A DNA stretch of 64,000 bases from NCBI GenBank assembly GCA_050613775.1, contig JBODTK010000126.1:310001-374000 (forward strand), given 5' to 3'. This document shows positions 58,280 to 64,000 of the stretch, piece after piece. Both the position numbers and the translations under genes were made by a program. The notes under the pieces are model-generated. The model saw only the letters and a program-made list of their open reading frames with translations. It ran no database searches and was not told where the DNA came from. The DNA comes from Neocallimastix sp. 'constans' (Eukaryota). Position 1 is the first letter of the stretch. Each line of letters starts with the position of its first letter.

Positions 58280-60525
58280 ATGGATTCAAATTCAACCGTA
58301 AATGCTGAAAGTGTAAAGGATAGTCAAAAGGTTTATTCTGAATCTGGATCTTTGGTATCCAATGGAGAAACCTATAGGACTAGCTCACAAGCAATTGGTT
58401 CTATACAAAAGATGTTTACTGAGAGCCAACTGATAGGTTATGTTGGACTTTGTTATATTAGTATCATGGATTTTAAGAAAAATAATTTTATTGATAGTAA
58501 AACTAAAAAACCTATAAAAAAGGCTGTAAATAGTTACAACGAATGGTCAGAATTAATTATTAAAAAGCTATTTACTTATTTAAATTTTCCTCTTGAAGGT
58601 ATAAAATAAAAATATTATAAATTAATTAGTTATATTATATATATATATATTTAAAAAAAAAAAAAAAAAAAAAAGAAAAGAAATAAATTATAATAATAAT
58701 ATTGCTGATAAATAGTAAATTTTATAATTTATTAATTAATCTCTCTTTATAAATATAAATATAAATATATATATATATTTTTTAAATAGACCAAAAATTA
58801 GTTGAGTCATTAGTTACTCATGGAATTCTTCCGGAAGATTTAGCAAGCCCATTAATTACTGAAGCAGAAGAAGCAATTGAAAAAAGAAAAGAATTTGAAA
58901 TGAAAAAAAGAGAATATATTAATAATGATATTAAAAAGTATAATGAAAAATTAGATAAAATAAAAGAAGGAACTGAAACTATACCCGAAGAAGCAATTAC
59001 AGTAAATGAAGAAACAAATGAAACAAATAACGAGGATTCAAACATCATTAATAATGATGCTATTAACAACACAGGTAATGAGGATATTGGAATTTCTTCA
59101 CCATCGATAAGTAAAATTGAAGATGAAAAAGTAATAAAATCATCACCATCAGTTCCTTCTGAATCCTCTGTAAGACCTTCATCTCCTACAGCATCATCAT
59201 CTATTACCGAATTAAGCGAATTAAGAAGAAAAAATGATGAATTATTAAAGAATTACAATATTACTTTAAAGGAAATGTTAGAAGTTTCAGATATTCGTTA
59301 TATTATTCTTTCTCATTTATTTTTAATTTGTATTGGTGATGGTATGTATGACGCACGTTCAAGAGCTTTATTAAAACGTGTTGCTCATTATTTACAGGTA
59401 GATGACTATAATTTAATAAAAATTGAAAAAGAAATTATTTACCAAATTAAGTCTTCTCAGGAAGATGCTGATGAATTGAGACGTGATGAAACTTCTATCG
59501 ATAACCGTGCTTCTCAGTATAAAAAGAAGAGATGGTTATATATGGGTCTTGCTTCTATTAGTGGTGGTCTTGTTATTGGTTTAACAGCGGGTTTAGCTGC
59601 TCCTTTAATTTCTACCGGTTTAGGAGCAACACTTAGTATGATTCATTTAGGTGTTCATGGTACTACAGCTTTCTTAGGTTCTACAGGTGGTATTGCTTTA
59701 ATTTCATCTGCTGGTACACTTACTGGTGCTTCACTTACTGGTATGAAAATGGCTAAACGTACCAGAGGGGTTTCAGAATTTGAATTTATTCAAATTGAAA
59801 ATTGGAGAAAAGAATTTGAAGAATCGAAAAATAAAATTGAAGGTGAAGAAGTTGAAGAAGGTAAGGAAAAAGAAAAGAATGAAAATGATGAAAATAAAAT
59901 TGAAACTACTGAAAATAGTAATAATGAAAAAGCAGATTTTATAAATAAAGAAGAAAAAATAGAAGAAAAAATTGAAGTAAAGGTTGAAGAAAAAGTAGAG
60001 GAAAAAGAAAAAGAAGAAGAAAAAGAAAAAGAAGAAGAAAAAGAAAAAGAAGAAGAAAAAGAAAAAGTAAAGATTGAAGAAAAAGTAGAGGAAAAAGAAA
60101 AAGAAGAAGAAAAAGAAAAAGTAAAGATTGAAAATAAAGAAGATGAAGTTGAAAATGAAAAACCACTTGTAAATGATAATGACCTTAAAACTTTAGTTGA
60201 AAATAATTCAGATAAAAAAGAAAATGAAGAAGAGGATAAGCCGAAGGATCATTTTATAAATGTTTTAATTACTATTTCTGGATGGAATACAACAGTAGAT
60301 AATAATGATTTCTTTTTACCATGGTCAGTTTTACCAGAAAGTGTCTATGGTGATCATTATTGTTTACAATGGGAATCTAAAGAACTTAAAGAATTAGGTA
60401 ACGCTATTAATATTATTGCATCAGAGGTAAATATATTTTATATATATATATATTTAATTTTTGAATTGTATAATTAAGAACAATATATATTATGAATTTA
60501 TTTTATTTGAATGTTATTGATAATT

Positions 60526-60557
<32 letters not shown>

Positions 60558-61828
60558 GTTTTCTTTGTATTTTATTGTTAAATTTTAAAATTATATATAT
60601 GTAATATATAAATAATAGTTATTTGGTATTGGTATGAAGCAGCTTTTAGGTGCAACTATTCTTCCAGTTATTGCTGCTATGTCTTTACCAATTTGGATGA
60701 TGAAATTAAACTATACTGTAGATAATCCATGGGGAATTGGTTTAAGTAAAGCTCAAAAAACTGGTTTAGTAAGTTTTTTTTTTTTTTTTTTGTTAAATTG
60801 TGAAACAATTATATACAAATATATATTAATAGAAAATATATAATATTTATTAAAATAATTTTTTAATAATTATTTATTTAAATGTATAGGTTTTAGCTGA
60901 TACCTTAATTGGAAATTATCAAGAAAATAGACCAGTTACACTGATTGGTTATTCTCTTGGAGCTAGAGTTATTTACTATTGTCTTAGAGAGTTAGCTGAA
61001 AAGAATATGTATGGTATTATTGAAGATGTATATATCATTGGTACACCAGTAATGGAATCCGTTAGAGATTGGGAACAGTGCTGTTCTGTTGTTAGTGGTA
61101 GATTTGTAAATGGTTATATTACTCATGATTGGGTTCTTGGTTTCTTATATAGAGCTAGTAGTGGTAGTTTCAATACTGTTGCAGGTTTATCTCCAATTCC
61201 AGTGGATCGTATTGAAAATATTTGTTTAGATGAAATTGTAAATGGTCATTTGGAATATAGAAGAAAGATTCCATTAATTTTAAAGAAGTTTGGGTTTATT
61301 GTTACAAGTGATACTTTCGAAACTGAAGAAGAAAGTGATGAAAAGGAAAGATTAAGTAGAGAAGAAGGTATTAAAATCGAAGAAGCAAAAGAACGAATGG
61401 AAAAAGAAAATGAAAAAATTGAAATGGAAATGGCAAATCATCAAAAATCGAAAAGTACATCAAGTGAATCTGGTTTTAAGATGTTTGGTAATTGGTTTAA
61501 ATCATTTTCACCAACACAATCTCAATCACCATCACCAGAAAGAAAAAGTTATCCAATGACTCCAGAAGAAGAATTATTAGAAATTGAAAGGGAAGAGGCT
61601 TTAGAAAGAGAAAGATTAAGAAGAGAAGTTGAAGAATTTTGTAAACCAAAAGAAATTACCACTACATTACCAAAATTAGTAGTAAAGACAACACCAAGTG
61701 ATAGTCAAGACAACTTCATGAATAATAATAATACAGATGAACCCGTAATTACACCTGTTGAAATTAAAAGTACTATGCCAAAATTAGTTGTTAACTTACC
61801 AAATGACAACCAACAACATGAAAATTAA
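58280..61828 (+). CDS. DUF726 / TMCO4 (yeast Mil1-like) membrane-associated alpha/beta-hydrolase, 4 exons
   Basis: FTESQLIGYVGLC; GMYDARSRALL; MGLASISGGLVIGLTAGLAAPLI; DNPW; RPVTLIGYSLGARVIYYCL (GxSxG); VVSGRFVNGY...DWVLGFLYRA; GHLEY. GT-AG introns at about 58599-58789, 60427-60618 and 60769-60889. Confidence 0.92.
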
Positions 61829-62064
61829 TAATTATTAGATGAATTAAATAAATGAAACTGAAAATAAAATAAAATAAAATAAAAAAAAAAATATACCAAC
61901 GATTTCAACATATTAAAATTTTTTTAATTATTTTTAATCTATTAATTACAATTTGTATAATTGTTTTTATTATTAATATAATAATATTATTATTATTATT
62001 AAAAATAAAATCCAGTGATGTATATTAGATCTTTAACTAAAAATAAAATAAAATAATAATAATA

Positions 62065-62097
<33 letters not shown>

Positions 62098-62121
62098 ATA
62101 TATGTGTATATTTTAAGAGAT

Positions 62122-62168
<47 letters not shown>

Positions 62169-62488
62169 TTTAATCTATTAATTATAATTTTGAAATATAA
62201 TAATAATAAATAAATAAATAAATAAATAAATAAAGGATTTAAATTATTTTAATTATTTGAGTAATATTTATTAATTAACGATTATGTATGATTTATATCA
62301 TATTGCATCATATATAAAATTATCATGCATATGTTGCATATTAATATACAGCATAACAGCATATATCGATTATCATAAATTTCATGTAAAAAATTATACA
62401 TTTATATAAAATAGATACGAAAGAATATATTTATATTATTGTTTTGTTTCTGAGTATCATTTATTATTAATAATATTTTTTTTTTCTT

Positions 62489-63007
62489 TTAATGTTTTCC
62501 AAAGAAACTAAGAATTGATTTTTGGGTCTTTTCTCCTCCTATTGTTCCTTTTCTTCTTTTATTTGATTTTTTACTACCACTATTGTCTTCATCATCCATG
62601 ACATTTCTTTTCTTATTAGAATTTTTCATATTAAATAGAGACTTTTGTTTATTAGTTGAATTGGCTGATACAGATGTTGAATTTTCTTCACTTTCACTTT
62701 CTGATACCCATTCAGAAACATCTTTAGTGACTGTTACCATGTATCATATTCATTATTCAAAAAAAAAAAAATAAACGTTTCAATTTATATATATATATAT
62801 ATGTTATAATAAATAGATTTTATTTATAATCACTTTATGTTTATTTTTTATTTAATTATATTTATACTATATTATTATATACCTAAATAACCTTTATCGT
62901 CCATATATGTTTCTTGTTTAACAACTCTATATCTTCTTCTTCCTGGAGCTCTGGGATCATCTTTTTATTATAAAGTTCATTATTATTATTTTCATTTTTA
63001 TTATAAA

Positions 63008-63104
<97 letters not shown>

Positions 63105-63462
63105 GATGAATAATTAAATTATTAGTTATAAATTAAGATTCATTTTCATAATATAGATGTATTTTCAAATTTATTATAATAGAATTATACATTCAATTTA
63201 TTTATAGATAAATATAATCATTAATTACCAGATTTTACTAATTTCTTTGGTTCTTCGTTTGATATAATATTATAATTACTATCTTCTTCTTCTTCTTCTT
63301 CTTCCATTCTATTTTCATCATCATCATCATCATTATCGTCATCTTCAATAAATACTCTTTTTTTATTAGATAATTTACTTATTGAAGATGAAATATCATC
63401 ATCATCAAATAATTGTCTTAATCTTTCATTTTCTTCTTCGATTTCTATTAAATTTTGATTTT

Positions 63463-63506
<44 letters not shown>

Positions 63507-63935
63507 TTAGTAAATAGTTATAATAAATAATAAATGCATAATAAATAATTATTTTTTCTTTTTTAAAAAAAAAAAAAAAATTAAATTAATAATATTAAAT
63601 AAACGGTACCTTTTTCACGTTCCATATTTCTCTTTTCTTCTTCTAACTTTTTCTTTTTTTCTGCTTCAGTTAATTTAGGAGCTTCTGGCTCAATTTCTTT
63701 CTTAATTTCCTCTTTCTTAATTTTTTCTTTTGGTAAATCTGATTCATATGGTTCTGATGATTCTTCCTCTGATTTCTTTATTGTTTTTTCCTTAAAGAAT
63801 GATTCCATCATATTTTTAGGTTGTTCTTTTTTAATTGCTTTTTTATTCGAATCATTATCAGCTTCAAAAATTGATTTTGTTTTGAATTTATCGAAAAATG
63901 CAGCTTTTGCATCTTTAACTTTATTCTTTTTAGTA
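62489..63935 (-). CDS. POLD3: DNA polymerase delta subunit 3 (POLD3/Cdc27/Pol32), 3' part; gene continues beyond the window
   Basis: RRRYRVVKQETYMDDKGYLVTKDVSEWVSESE and a C-terminal PCNA-binding PIP box QKSILSFF, in a charged low-complexity protein. Four exons are visible. Confidence 0.88.
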
Positions 63936-64000
63936 CTATTATAGTATGATTATATAGATAAATTATATATATATATAAGTTTTTAAATATAAGTAATATA

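Overview
Extremely AT-rich, intron-rich eukaryotic DNA with poly-A/T tracts and (TAA)n/(TTTA)n microsatellites. Composition, intron style and gene content point to an anaerobic gut fungus (Neocallimastigomycota); this is an inference. Nine spliced genes are supported: a TYSND1/DEG15-like protease (-), a UDP-galactose-type transporter (+), a TPC1/SLC25A19-like carrier (-), an importin-7/8 homologue (-), VPS8 (+), an orphan with a C2H2-like head (-), YjbQ/UPF0047 (-), DUF726/TMCO4 (+) and the 3' part of POLD3/Cdc27 (-). There is also a young but internally deleted Ty1/copia LTR element (43496-46452), decayed repeat families and two short GC-richer structured islands. Three signals stand out. (1) The protease gene has two minor-spliceosome (U12)-type introns, one AT-AC and one GT-AG. 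(2) The same protein ends in a PTS1-like -SKI, suggesting peroxisomal import in an anaerobe. (3) The copia primer-binding site matches the anticodon arm of tRNA-Lys(CUU), i.e. half-tRNA priming, and the element sits inside a (TTA)n tract. All exon joins were made by eye; no database searches were run.
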